Shown: in pieces, positions 26,673 through 45,034 of the stretch
How positions within the stretch are numbered: the stretch's first letter is position 1
Layout: every line of letters begins with the position of its first letter
Source of the DNA: Ptychomitrium polyphyllum
Taxonomy: Eukaryota
Length of the DNA: 64,000 bases
Reading direction: 5' to 3'
NCBI GenBank assembly: GCA_973851085.1
Contig: OZ316775.1
Location: 8,246,001-8,310,000, forward strand
Made by a program: the position numbers and the translations under genes
Notes under the pieces: model-generated
Databases searched by the model: none
Seen by the model: only the letters and a program-made list of their open reading frames with translations
What the model was told of the DNA's origin: nothing

Positions 26673-29600
26673 GTCTGGTTCTCACTTTCCATTTTGTGAA
26701 AAGCCACTTGCTCTCCGCTTTCCATTGCTCGTTGAAGGCCAAATCTTTGCTAACGAATTGCCAGCAGCCAAGTGACTTCAAGTCACTGTTGCTATTTTCC
26801 CGAAGGTGGATCTGTGCCATACGTCGTCGCCGAACGACGTTTTGGAGGGGCCCATCTCACGGCTCTGTTCATCATTGTCTCAGCCTGGAAACCAGCATGC
26901 CATCCCACCTGGCGACTCTGGAGGCGGCCCTGCAACATTATTCATCACGATTCTATGGATGTTTCACATGCAGCGGTATTCATTCCTGATTTCAGTATGT
27001 GACCGGTACACGCGGTGCAACAACTGGCTAGGGTTACCAAGGTGCTCTGCAACACTGTCAGCTCACACTATTCCTCTTTGAAGAACCAGTTCCCTTCCTG
27101 GAATCTATTCTGGATGTAAGGGAAGCGTACTGGTACACAGAACATTCTTGGACTACACCTGACAAGGCCTCTAAAAGGCATCTACATAGGTGTCATACTG
27201 TTCTTACAGCTTACTTCTAGAGTACCGAAGATGGACCCAAGTAGTGTTTTAACGATGGACTCAAGAGAGAGTGCGCGACCAAGTCATGCCTTCACGCATA
27301 CATGTAAGTGTTTATGAATTCCCACAACCTGAGTTTGATGTTCTGAAGAATACTATACACCTAAGCGACCCGGAAAGCAAAAAAAAGCAACACTATTTGA
27401 CTCAATTCTAGATCTCACACTCAAACCGTACGCCAGGGTAGAGTAAGATGGTTCTGGGTACAGTATTGGCCTCCCTTGCCACGAGGATTCTGCAATGGTG
27501 CGTCACAAGGTCGGCTACAGTGGTGCCACTACCAACCTCCATACGACACAACTACCCTACATCGTACGCTTCATAATCTCATTAAGTACACTTCCACCAG
27601 GTTCCAGAAAAATGATCTTGTCATTTCTGGAACAATGAATAACCGTCTGTACCATGCGTGCGCTTTCATCAAGGACCGTGGGACCGGCGGGGACCGCTAT
27701 CGCAGCTCATACCTCATGGCAACTGGTGCATCATGGCTGGTCACTCCCACAGTATAGTAGTTCTGGCGGAGTCTACTGCGGTTTCGTCTGGTTCTCACTT
27801 TCCTGTGCTGGCGTCCGTCTCCTATGCGAGCTGAAGGGAAGTGTACACAATGCCAACACACAACTCAAACTTTACATTATCTACATTTGTTGTGGAAATT
27901 AGAGGGATGGAGGTGAAAGTCAATGTCTATTTTGGGTATGGTGACGTTTTTAAGTATGCATCCCTTTTTTAAATCGAGAATTCTCGAAGCTTGATATTTG
28001 AAGGATATCGTGTTGTGGCCTTTGATTATTGCAAGCAAATGCTGTAAATAGGAAGGAGTCATTTGGGCTGTGAAGAGGAAGTATTTTGAACAGAGATCGA
28101 TACTGAACCCTACTGTAGTTAGCAATGGTGAAGTTCATGTAGGCAGCAGTGTGTGCGCTGATGATTCAGAAATCGATGGGCAAAAGTTTCGGATGGTGCT
28201 CCAACTGGTACCGCGCCAGGTCGCCAAAGAGCTGGAAAATAGTTTTCTGGGATGTCGTTTCTTTAGCTCTTGACAAACATTCAGTCAATAATGTAGAGAT
28301 AAATCATTCAGAGATATAGTCTGTATAGCAAGTGGAGAACAGGAACTGCCATTACCCTACTGTTTTCTTGATAGTTTTGCTGGGTGAAAATTCATGGAAA
28401 TTTAATCTAAGCATACCAAAGATTCAATCCTTTTGATCAGCAGGAAAATTGCCATGTATGCACAACGCCTTGGCTAGGCTTCGAGTTCGTAAATTAGGGG
28501 TTAGTTCATTCCACAGCTTGAATTGGATTTCTAGGCTCACGATCTACTTGGAGGATTCAGTTTTACGATACGATGATCTGTATGACGACGAGTATGGTTT
28601 GATATTTTGGAGACATTGCACCGCTTGCCTATATAAGTTCAAGATCTTCCTAATCAGAGATTGAAATGGACGATAGATTGCGGGTTCAAACACAATTGCC
28701 TGCACAAAGATACGCAAGTTTGATATGATCTTTTGAAACTCTACATAGTCTTTTATAAAACAACATGACTTTATACTACAGTGGTGTGGGTACAGTACAT
28801 CTTTGCAAAACTGTGACCCTGATTGCCTCCCCTGCATATATAAGTAATGAAAAGAAGTTTCAGTCAGAAGATGTTTGATGTTTGCAAACCATAAGCAATG
28901 GATTATTACACAAAGATGAAATTTGTTGGAGTACAGGCGAAGCAGACTTATACGAGTTTTATTATCAAGACATGTTGGCACATGTACTTGGAGTGAAGTT
29001 ACTTGCATCTCTTGGTGTAAGTCACCTTGCTTTTAGAAACTCATCATACAGGTTAAGAGCAGACAGAAATATTCGAAAACAACTCTCCCATGTGATTGTA
29101 TCCAGCATATTGGAGTTTTCGTTATTGAAAGGTGGCAGAAAGTGCATGTGCTGTGTGCACAGGTGACATGTGAACTAAGAGAGCGAGAAGGACGAGGCTC
29201 GTACATGCCATATGAGCGTGAGGTACCTTGGCTGCAGAGCCTAGCATCTTTGAAGCGAACTGTTCTTGTGATATCCGGTGATCATGGCTTTGACAGGACA
29301 TATCCTGCACTGCTCTTGATAAACACACACTTAACCAAAAACAAAAATTTTCCAATTCATTTTTTATGTTGACCCATGGAGAGACTATCTTTGCACAATG
29401 TAGAAGCTCCTCTTTAGATGGGAGTGCTCCCCAAGTGCTTGTCTTCATCCAAATTTGACCAGCATGTGTGATTCTTTATAAATGGGGAACACTCCCAATT
29501 CCAACTTATTCAATGAAGTACTTATTTGTATAGATAAGAAGCACTTTCCATCCATCCAGCTTCATTTACTTCTTTAAACTCCTTGTCCTCCTTTCTCCAC

Positions 29601-30322
29601 ATCATCTAATCTCTTCATCAGTAACTTCAGACTCCCATCCTGCTCGCCCTATCAATTTGGAGTCATTATCCTTCCTTATAATTTAGAACTTTCAAATCAA
29701 TATGTTTTAAGCTGAATTTGCATTAATAAAACTTCTCTGCACTACTATTGTAGCATTTAATACTAGTCCATAATCTACGAACGGACTGCGAGTGGAAAAA
29801 TTTTAGTACTTCAGATATAACTTCTTATTGCTCCTTATTATAAGTCTCGTTAGTGACAACACAGCTGTTAGGTATTACCGTGTCGTGTGGTTGGTGAGTA
29901 CTAGGTGCCTTTCTTTCAGTAAGTGTATTGCCATGGCGCTTGAATTCTTCAAGATTTTGCTAGAAAATTGGTGACAATAACAGCTAGAGCATGAAGAGTT
30001 CCTTGGACACGGTTGAGAGTACAGTAAGTAATCGAGGGACTAAATCAATAAGAATCAGTAGCAATCTTGAGCTTTAGAAGTGCTGCTTTAGTATTTTCCA
30101 CCCGTCGCTTGTCATGTGCTCATAAGCTCGGCCCTCCTCTGCATTGATAGCAAATCCGTGGTTTTATCTGTTGAATGACGCTTTTGTCCTACCCAGTTGC
30201 GCTGAAAGAGGTTCAGCTACTTCGGTGATAAGATAAACCCAGATTCACCTACACACCTCAATGACATAACGGGTAGTAGAATTTCACCTATAAGACTTAC
30301 ATGAGGCCAACCATGAATCAAT

Positions 30323-32337
30323 CTACGCAGATTTTTGTCTGTCAAGAGTGGATGACCTCATTTGTATCACGATTTCTACAGGAGAATTGCTGCTTTGGAC
30401 AATCAGTTTGTCTTGATCTTTCATAGAAATGGGGGTTTCTCTTCCTCCAGCTTCTGGGGATTTGCCTAAATCCTTAGGACTGTCTGGACTTTTCCCAACC
30501 CATGCAATGACCACATCTTGGGGTTCTGCCTTGGGACTTGTTGGTGGACTGCTTGGTAAAGACTGGGCTCCTGTCGATGTCATTGGTCTGTCAACTGATT
30601 AGATGCCAAAACTTTCACATGCTTCTATGAAAAGCATCTCTTGTTAGACCGCTGAAACTAGATTGTAAGGTTTGTATCTTAACAAGCAAGGAAGAACCAG
30701 GCAAGAGAACCTTGTACAAAGAATATTATGTTACTCTCGACAGATTCAATTCTTTTTGACAATCAACTAGAGAGGGTCTTTGCATACCAAGTCTATTCTT
30801 GCCACACGAGGAGCAAAACTTGGAATCTGGCCGATCACGCATCCCACAATCATCACAAGCATCATTTGCCTTTGATGACTGACCCTGTGAGCAGATAAAG
30901 AATCCTGCAAGCATAAGTCTCAATGTTCGGCGGAGTTAACTACAAACAGATACCTTAGGTCCACCTTGGGCATGCTACTCTCAGCTCAACAATAATTGAA
31001 AAATCGAAGATACAAAAATGATTTCTGGTCTTACAGGGTCCTTTCTACAAGGCGAGCTGACTGAATCCGCGGCACTTTGTTTACTCGGCAATTTCCAATT
31101 TGTGAACAGAACAATTTTCTTCGATAGTTTTGGAAATTTACCTGAGCTATCCCAGTTTTGAACTCCGTGAATTTCCAACATTTGCCAACAACTTGCTCAT
31201 GAAATCTTTCAGATTCAAGAGAAAAGGGAACATGACAAACAATCTCAGACACAACTGTTCGACTCGGACAGACTTGCAGGGCTCGAGGTAAAATTGGACT
31301 GAAACGGTGGAGAAACGGATTGATTACCCACTTGCATTCCCATGCTGAGATCCAGCAACTTCACCCGGAACCAGTCTATTGGTTAGTGACATGGTAGTGA
31401 GTCCAGTGCCAGCCGGCTTGCTAGGCCTGGCCTCAGTGCAGGCACTTGAGTGATGCTTTAAGGCCTTGGGAACAAACTGTCGCTCGCAATGAGGACACTT
31501 CGCCAAACTTGCCGCAAAAGCGGATTTAGCCCTGCGTCAAATTGGCCAAGTAACTACTTCCTGCTCTCCTTCACAACGCTCATGTACAATGACGGGTACA
31601 GAGCTGAAATAATCGTTGATTCGTTTAGAATGTTTTCTCTCACTGTCGTCCATAGTGTCAATAAGATACAGCAAAGCTAAGCGTGGTTGCCTGACCTAAC
31701 AGCAAAATGCACATTGTCACCAATATGATGCAGTGAGGAATATGACGGAGCTTACTCGCCACCAAAATCGTCCTTCTGCGGAGGACCACCAGTCTTAATG
31801 GGCTCCTCGTCATAAGGAGGAAGTGGCAGACGACGGCGCTCATTCTCAGGCTTCTTTGCTTCTTCAGTCAGCCACTTCTTCTGGCACTGTGGGATATGGA
31901 GAGGATAACTGCGCTTCCCACAATGCGTGTTGGTACTCATAGCTAGTATACTTTTGCTACTAATTTGCCTACTCGTCATGAACTCTTAGTATTGTATCAC
32001 TTTGACATGCTGGTTGCAGTGTGAAGAAGGATAATAACCTCTGACTGCCAAACTCTCGTTTACAAAGGTAGCAGACGCGAAAATGAGGCCGCTCCCCTGG
32101 CTGTCTTTCTCTCAGCTCTTCACTTGACTTTCTTTCTAGCCGCTCGGCACTAGGCTGGCTTGGTGATTTCTCACCGGGCTTTCCTTCCAGCATTTCCTCA
32201 CTTGGCCACCTTCTTGTTGATCCTCCACTGGATTTCCTTTCTGGCACCTTCTCACTAGGCTTTTTTTCGAGCACCTTCTCATCACTGGGATTTGCTTTTG
32301 CCGCCTCCCCAGACCTCTTCTCTGACGGGCTAGCCAT
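30323..32337 (-). CDS. C2HC zinc-finger protein (zf-C2HC_2 / ZNF474-like) with a downstream zinc ribbon; 3' exon structure uncertain
   Basis: The spliced reading is RVCYLCKREFGSQS|YPLHIPQCQKKW..ERRRLPLPP, then DDFGGE|AKSAFAASLAKCPHCERQF..ALKHHSSAC, a further CDDCG..SKFCSSCG exon (~30760-30885) and a Ser/Pro-rich last ORF (30323-30583). Confidence 0.72.
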
Positions 32338-34551
32338 TTCTCCAGGGCAGTCTTAATTCCTGGGTTCTGTCAAACTGGAGGGTCTGCATGATTGAAACAG
32401 ATTGTGCACATCATAGTCAACGTGTTTGGTAATGGTGAATGCACCATTTTTTACGAGGGGAATAAGATCGCATTCATGGATTGTTCTGTAAGCTCTCTCA
32501 CCTTGACAAGGTCAACAGCAACCCCAAATCTGATTCTCGGGAGTACTCTATAATAGGAAGAATCGATGGACGAGTTAGCGGTAGGTCGTCTTCTCTGGCT
32601 TTGATCTGCATGAAAGACGGTATAACGGCGCAAGAGACAAGGATTATTTTCACATCTCCACCACATACTGGGTCGTGCTTCGTCAAACATATGTTTCATA
32701 ATGCTCAACATAGAAGTCGAAAGCTTCACATGAAACATCCAACGGGAAGGAATAAGTATTTCTAGTTTCAGACGACAAGCAATGTCGGTCACATTGGACT
32801 CCGGCCAGCAGAACTTTCAATAGCTGCAGAGCTTTTGGGTCACTGAACTTTCAAAAGAATCTGGTGGTCCCAGAGCAAGAATTACGAAACACATCGAGCA
32901 AACAAAATAAATTTGTTAGCAACTTAAACATCTCAACAGATATCATCCTGTATAGCTCGTAGGATAAAGTAAGCACTTTCACGCAATGCAAGATAAAACC
33001 CTAAAACTTCAACATCGAGGTAGGCCAGTAAATGCACCAGCCTGAGAATCATCTTCGCCAATGAACATGGATCAAAGAGGACACATTGACCTGCCTGCAT
33101 ATTGGGGAATTCCTGATAAACCAAATGCGCAGGGACTTTTACTTCAAAAGATGTAGCACTGGTACCTCCGCTCTACTTGTATGTGATACATTTTTTAAGC
33201 AACCTGCAAAATTTGCATATAATGCCACGCATCACCAGACTCAAGGTCCTACCTCGAGAGGTCTCCAACGAACCCTTTGAAAAGCTTTTCGGAAGAGATT
33301 TAGGAGAAACAAGGGACCTCCACATCGCTCATGATCAAGTAGATGAATTTAACTAAATTAGCCATAAGATCGCTGGAACTCATTTCAGTTTGAAACACAA
33401 TAATGTCGGGAATCCATTTACAACACAAGTGAGAGAGAATAATGGGCTGAGGCCCCCGTCCACTTGCTTCCCTAATTTTGTCCAGTATGTCACATTTACA
33501 GCCTCTCAGCCAACTCCTCGAACTCAACGATACGATGCGGCCACAACCTTTAATGGACGACCTACAGACGTTCAGAGAATGCACCGCTTCATCACCAACT
33601 GGAAGGTCCTTCTCATACGACTTTACTAAACTCTCTCAAAGTACTTGCTCCCAAACGCAAACCTTCTGATACATACCTTGGGAATCTTACTTCAATTCCT
33701 CTTGAGTTCACAACCTGAAAACATCCATTAGTTTTTACACGTAAAGCAAGACAGTTACATGTGTACAGACTCACTAATCCTTTCGAGCATCCATCAAATT
33801 CAGTACCTGGGAATCTGGTATTGATTTGCTAACTCATCGTGACCGGCAGCAACTGAGAACAAAACTTCTAGATGCACCATGTTCTCTATTCTGCAAGCAC
33901 GTTATGGATCCTGGTCGTTACCTATACTTGGCCATCCCTCAGGGGTTGAATAGCCAGTGCCAAGCTATGGGGGGCACGATTCGGGCTCATAACGTTCCAG
34001 CTGCAGGTAAAAACTCGCCCTCCGTTATACACTACTAGAACATCAGACGACACTCTGATCATGCTTACTTGTCAAACATAAGGATATTAGAAAACACAGT
34101 ATGCTGTCAAAGAAGATATTGACATGATTCTACACCATCTCTCTAGTGAATTTCCAATAAGTCACTCCCAGACACGGAGGTCTTGTATCTCCTAAAATTG
34201 ACAACTAGAGAAAGAACTACATTCCATAGAGCACATCGAGAATGTCAACTAGTAAAACTAGCTCACGTGAGCTACAAGCCATGCCCTTTTAGAATGGATC
34301 GATGAAGTACATCTTTGTAACAACTTCCCGCCCCTACTATACAGACAAACTATGTGTCCATTATTTACGGGAAATTCCATTGCAAGGCACAGCTCGATAA
34401 AAGGAATTCTGAGAACACGCCTCCTAACAACCCACTAAGCTATGTGTATCGACAAAATTTGGTCGCCAGATGCTGAGTACAACAAGTTCCATCCATGAGC
34501 AAGAGTTCCAATCCTCTGAATTTTCGAGAAACATACAAAAGAGTATTTCAT

Positions 34552-37500
34552 TTATATGATTTCCTCGGGTTGCCATAGCCGCTTCCGAGCAATTAAGATT
34601 TTCTCTTCCCTGTCTGAAATCTCATCCTTTTCAGCGTCAAAGACGATAGACCATAAATTCCAGTGTAATACATTCAGTTGCTTCTTAACTTCATCGATCA
34701 GAGAAGCTTTATCGCGAATGATAATAACACCTTGTGGACGTAAGAGTCTGTCCATCTCAAGGAGCAGATCTATTGGGCTGCAATCGTGATTGTAGACGTC
34801 GGAGAATACATTCCAGGCATGCAGCAAATCATATGTACGTGGATAAGTTGAATACGCCTCGCACCTGCAAGTCGCATAACATCAGTTAACAGTTAGGAGA
34901 CGTAAACCCGACCTGATCAAGCAGGGCGTACGGACGTCACTATATCTAAATATGCGTCAACCTGAATTCTATCAGCACATATCAACTATGTCCACACAGA
35001 TAAAAGAGCTAGGAAGGACCAGATAGATCGTTCTGAAAACCAAACGAACCATGCAACTTCCTAAGAAATGAGACCAAAAATAAACCATACCAATTGTGAT
35101 AAGAACCAATGAAACCACGATCATAGATGATTTTCAAAGTACTTGGTCCTGAAATAGGAACCACGTTCATGACCCAAACTGGCAGATTCGTCTCTTGAAG
35201 TGCAGCGGCAAAACCGCCAAAATTTGCTTTCATGTCCATCACGTTCCGAAAGCTATCGTCTTCCATTTGTTTAGCTGCTCTGAGCTTCTGCATGTATAGG
35301 TCCACTCTCATCTTCCAAGCAATCTTTTTGATGCACATGGAAGGGATATTGTTAGCTTCTCATACTAGGAATCTATGTTCAAGTCCAGAATTTCTTTAAA
35401 ACTTGATTACATGCAAACGCAGGAGCAATATCACTAACAAGCACGTACTATTCAGCAGCAATTCTCATATTCAGTATAGGCCCGGAGTATTGAGGAAGAC
35501 ACTAGCACATCTAAGATTGACGATAATAGAAAACAAAGTTCAGTAATAAGTAACAGTACCGTGTCATCCATGAACGTCTTATCATTAAATCCTAGCTCCT
35601 TCAGCCTGGAGGGAGGAGTACTCATACGTTTTGGCCATGGCGTCAAAACAGGTCTCTCAGGCCTGCTTGCTGCAATAGTTGGCATTAAGTAAAAAGGTCA
35701 GATGCACTGCCCGTCTCTTACATTGCTTTTTAAAATCCAGTTTACATGATTCACTCATGCAAAGAGTTTAAGGATGGTGAAATAATACTTACAGGATGTC
35801 ACAGGAGTTATACAAATCTTCATAGGCTCCTGCCAACCTGAGTCTGCATCATTAGCGATACTACACAACGGAGGCCAAGTTCCTTTCGGCCGTTTCTCGT
35901 AACATTCATTTGTGAGAGGCTTTGCCCAAATAACTGTTTGATCCCTTTTAGCAGCAATTGACCAACACATCCTGCTGACAAGATTAACCATTTCTGCCCA
36001 CTCCTGTTTCTCCGCTGGATCATCTCGATACACAGGGGGAGATGACCAAGCAAAATACCCTCCAGGTCTCAGAATACGGTCAATTTCCAGCAACAAAACT
36101 CCATCCCGCTGTCTCCAATCAATTCGGCAACGGGAACAATGGGCCAAGTCAAATGATTTGCTAGGATAAGGAAGTCGCATTGTGCCCAGGACACCTAATG
36201 TTGCAGGGATGCCTCTCTCTAATGCAAACTGTATTTGATTCTGATGCCCATCATTAGGGGCCAAAGACATGGCCAAAATATCCATTGGAAGTAAGTAGGC
36301 CCCAAAACTGGCCACGCCACATCCCACGTCGAAGACAGTCCTGATCTTGCCACCACTGCTCAAATTACCATCCTTGTTCTTGAGCATCTGAACAAAGAAA
36401 ACTTAATAATTTCATCATTCTCAAAAGATTGAAGACTTTCAATGACATGATTCTTTGTAATTAAAAAGATCCCACATTCTTTGTAAATATAAAATAATTA
36501 AGCCCAGGATATTTTCACCATATTTTTAAAAAGAGTGTATATAAGGAGGAGCGCTGGACGTAACAAAAATGCTAAAATTAAATAGATACTCCAATTCAGA
36601 ATGAGCCAGGACTAGTGCATCGCACAACGACATGTCGTTCAACTCTTACACAAAGTCAGTCAGTGTGACCGGGTTGCAGCTTCAACGCCGTAAGAAACCA
36701 CAGTAAGAAGAGCGTAAGAGGATACTTACCTTGGCAAGATGGGTGATATACTTATCTGCACCATCTGGAAAGTGAGTACCACCCCCTGGAAAGTTCACTT
36801 TGTCCCCCTTGACAACCATCCAATGCTGATCTGACTTCTCAGTTGCAAGAAAAGTATGTGGCACATTGGCTTGCCAAATTTCATCCCTGCTCTTCGGCCA
36901 TCTTATAGGAACCTGGCATCCGTCGAGCACAAGAGATCAAATCAAGGGAAATGCAGTTATGGTCCTTCTCTGATGCTTGAAGATCACAAGCATGTGCCAG
37001 AAGTTAAATAAATATAACCAAAACACTGCTGATTATCAATAGTAACCCGTCGAAGCTGAACCTCCGCATGAATATTAACGTCGTAACATAGAACACTAGC
37101 GATGATCATACTATGACATTCAGAATCAGTAACGTTCCATTACACCAAAGTATCAGTATCGGATAGATCCAAGGCCAGATGACAAGAACGACACGGACAA
37201 CCAGCCATGCGCCCAATGCGAGCTGATCGTTTACGTCAAGCCATTTTTGACTTCATTGACTCTACATAAACGAACCACACAACAGCACAAATTGTAGAGA
37301 TTATTCAAGTACCTTATAGTCTGGAGGAGGTGGGATGAGGCAATTGAGGCGGTGATCAGCGGGCGGACAATGTCGCTCATAGTGTTCCATCAACGACACA
37401 TTCAGCTTCAGTTTCATTTGATGATTCAGAGTCCTGTCTAGGCAGGGAACCAATTCTGTGTATCGAGCATCACAGACCTACAGACTCTTGTCTCAGTTCC

Positions 37501-38226
37501 AACATCTGAGAGCAATTCAGAATCCCTAAAAGACGAGGAAATATTTCAGAATGCAAATGCATACTTATACAAAGACATGAAACAGAATTGAGAAAATCTT
37601 CCATGCTATCTGAAACAGTGAAAAAACTCAAATCACTCTATAGTCTCCACGATGCCAGAGTTTCAACACAAACTTACAGGAAATGATTTCGGTGAGACTT
37701 GGAGAATACCATCGTCACCTGCCTCCTCTTCTGACGCTTCGTCTTCGTTGCTAGTCGCTTCATCGCCTAAGGCCATCCCCTCAAAATGCCCCTCCTCTTT
37801 TTCAATGCCATCATCAACATCGTCGTCCTTATCCTCTGGCTCGTCCATAGCTTCCTTAGCATCTGCAGCTTTCTTCTCCTCTTCCTTTTCCTCTTTCTCC
37901 TCCACTTTCCCCTCCTTCTCCTCTCTCACCTCTTCTTTCTCATCTGCTCCGTTTGCATCTACCTTATCGCCGGTATCAACATTCCCCGAGCCGTTCCCAA
38001 CCAACGGATCCTTCGCCACAACCACCGCCCTCGACACAGTCCAATCAATGTGTGTATCCCTAAGCGTCTTGTCCCTGGAAGCGCCACGGCCTGAGAACGA
38101 GCTATGCTGAACCGAAAGAAAGAACAATATCCCCGCCATTGTGCATGCCAGGATAACCAGCCGCCTCCCCTGCGCATTTCCATCACTCCGTCCTCTCAAT
38201 CTCAAAGGAGCCTGCCGACCAGCCAT
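34552..38226 (-). CDS. Golgi SAM-dependent (putative pectin) methyltransferase, PMT/DUF248 family, multi-exon
   Basis: N-terminal TM anchor and acidic stem. Motifs include VPCLDR..MEHYERHCP, WPKSRD, FPGGGTHF, FDVGCGVASFGAYL, QIQFALERG, AHCSRC, LLEIDRILRPGGYF, RNVMDMKANFGGFAAAL, YPRTYDLLHA and EMDRLLRPQG. Confidence 0.96.
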
Positions 38227-39623
38227 TGAAACTCCAACTCCCGCAACTCACCCCTCACTGCCCTAACCCCAAACACTCCTCCACTCTCTCTACATCCACC
38301 TCAACCTCAAACCTCTAACCCTCGCCGCACTTCTCGCCATGAACCAACACCTCCTCTCTCCGATCCGAAATTCCTCCCAACTTATCCGCTCTGTCGAATC
38401 AACCACAACGAACACCATACCCTCTCCGCATCCCTCTCTCTCACAGCTAAAACTCCTAGCTTCGCTTCAGTCGATCGCAAACCCCTGCCACAGTCCTCTG
38501 TCGTCCTCCAAACATAACCTCAATCACGGCGTCGCACTGAGGCGCTAACTACGGTATCATCAGTTCCGATACATGGAAACAAACAAAAGAAACGCGCATG
38601 CTCTCTCAAGGTGAAACCCTAAGGCGTACTAGCAGAGAAGACAGGGCATGGCACTCGCAAGTTGCACGGGTTGATTGTACTGCGGGAGAGCACAAATGAA
38701 CGGCGCTTCAGTGGGAATATCTGCAGGCAAGCTCTGTAAAGAGAGAACAGAATTGGACAGAGTTGATGATGCGATGATCGTGTGTAGTGCTATGCGGGAT
38801 CAATCCATGAGCGAGCGAGCTGCAGCAGCAGCAGCAACAGTGGGATGCAGGGCGTGATGTTGACACACCATGGCCAGGCTGCGAGAGAGACGACCAGCGC
38901 TTTCATGAGCCTTCACTGGAGTCAATGCGCCATCTTCACTTCTGTTGCAGGGCTGGTACTGTGTTTTGCAGTTCCATGTTCGTTGCCGGGCGTTTTGCAG
39001 GGTCGACGGTAACCTATGGTACTCAGCAGAAGTATTACGACGGGGGAGGTTGTTGAATGAAAACGCGCTTCATTACATTCTGGAACCAATGCTGAGACGG
39101 CACTCCAGTGGAATCAACATTATTCACCTCAATGCTTAGGTGTTACGATCATTTGTCATGCATGGTTCAACAAACTGTAAATTTGGTTTTTATGTTTATT
39201 CCTAAGTTGAGGGCCGCCATAGCAGTGTTAACTTAAGAGTAACATATGTTCATGACAAAATTCCTACAGATTCCAAAAGACTCCATAACCACCCTCAAAG
39301 TACTTGCAGTTTACTCTAGCGTTGCGTGAAATTTGGTATAAATGTTCCCATGAACTCAACTGGTTTGCAAGAATAATTTGAGGAGACACTGTAACAACTA
39401 GGAAAGCTTTTGCAGTTCAAAGTTTGTAAGAGAATCTGATTCTTATCTACATGAAGGTTGAGGTCAATAAATCAGTATGTATGAACAAAAATCCTTTTAT
39501 TGCACGAAGATTTGTATCCCTACAAAAATTCAGCTACCACAAGTAAAGTGGTCCCATAAATTTCAGAAGCGGGTATATCATAAAAGCTTAAGCTAGGACT
39601 TAAGAGAGGTCTAGTCCTGCGTT

Positions 39624-44352
<4,729 letters not shown>

Positions 44353-45034
44353 GATCGCAAGCTCCTCCTCCCTCAAAATCAAGCGCAGAAATCGAAGAGT
44401 TGGAACTCTTTCAGAAAGTGGTACAGAGACGAGAGAAGAAGACCAGAAGAAAGTCCTTAGACCTAAGCTCTCCTCTGATACCGAAAACTGGAAGGAAAAT
44501 TCGCAGTCCTATGTTCGCTATCAAACATAATCGGGAAACAGAGCCTCAGAGCGTCAATCAAACGCAACAAACAGAAGCCCAACTTGGCAGATCAGAGTAG
44601 GCTTCTCGCATCCTCTTGAACTCTTGCGAGACAACAACAGCGGCTACAGTGCACGCCCGGCGAGGAGGTCAATGCACATCTGATGTCTCTTCCTACGGGA
44701 AAATAGCATACTTTCCAACACGAGCATTACTGTGCAAAGTCAAACACCGTATCCACTGTTGCACATACTTCATCTATCTGCAGAAATCGTTCAAATTTCA
44801 ATCAACAAACCTGACCCAGTGACTCACTTAATCACAAGAACCCAATTCGTCCATGTTGCGGTCTCTTAGGGTTATTTTTAGAACATTCTACCAACTAGAC
44901 CAATCCATTGGCCATCATTCCCGAACCCCAACACAGGTTGCACCTAAGCTCACATCGCAGTCTGCTACTGCGATCATCACCAGTTGATCTACTCACCTTC
45001 GTGGATAGAGAAAACCTACCCTGCTTGCGTGGCT

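Noticed and set aside
26477..26989. 170-aa ORF with poly-SL and antisense poly-ER
   Set aside because: Artefact of the (CT)n microsatellite.
27432..27500. GCCAGGGTAGAGTAAGATGGTT resembling a tRNA 5' end
   Set aside because: There is no T-loop (GTTCRA) and no acceptor-stem complement, so no cloverleaf can be folded.
31660..31700. Possible micro-exon (GQATTLSFA) in the zinc-finger gene needing a GC donor
   Set aside because: Direct GT-AG joining (GGE|AKSAF) keeps the frame and fits the family spacing without it.
37652..38110. Ser-rich + strand ORF of 152 aa
   Set aside because: It is the antisense reading of the Glu/Lys-rich PMT exon 1.
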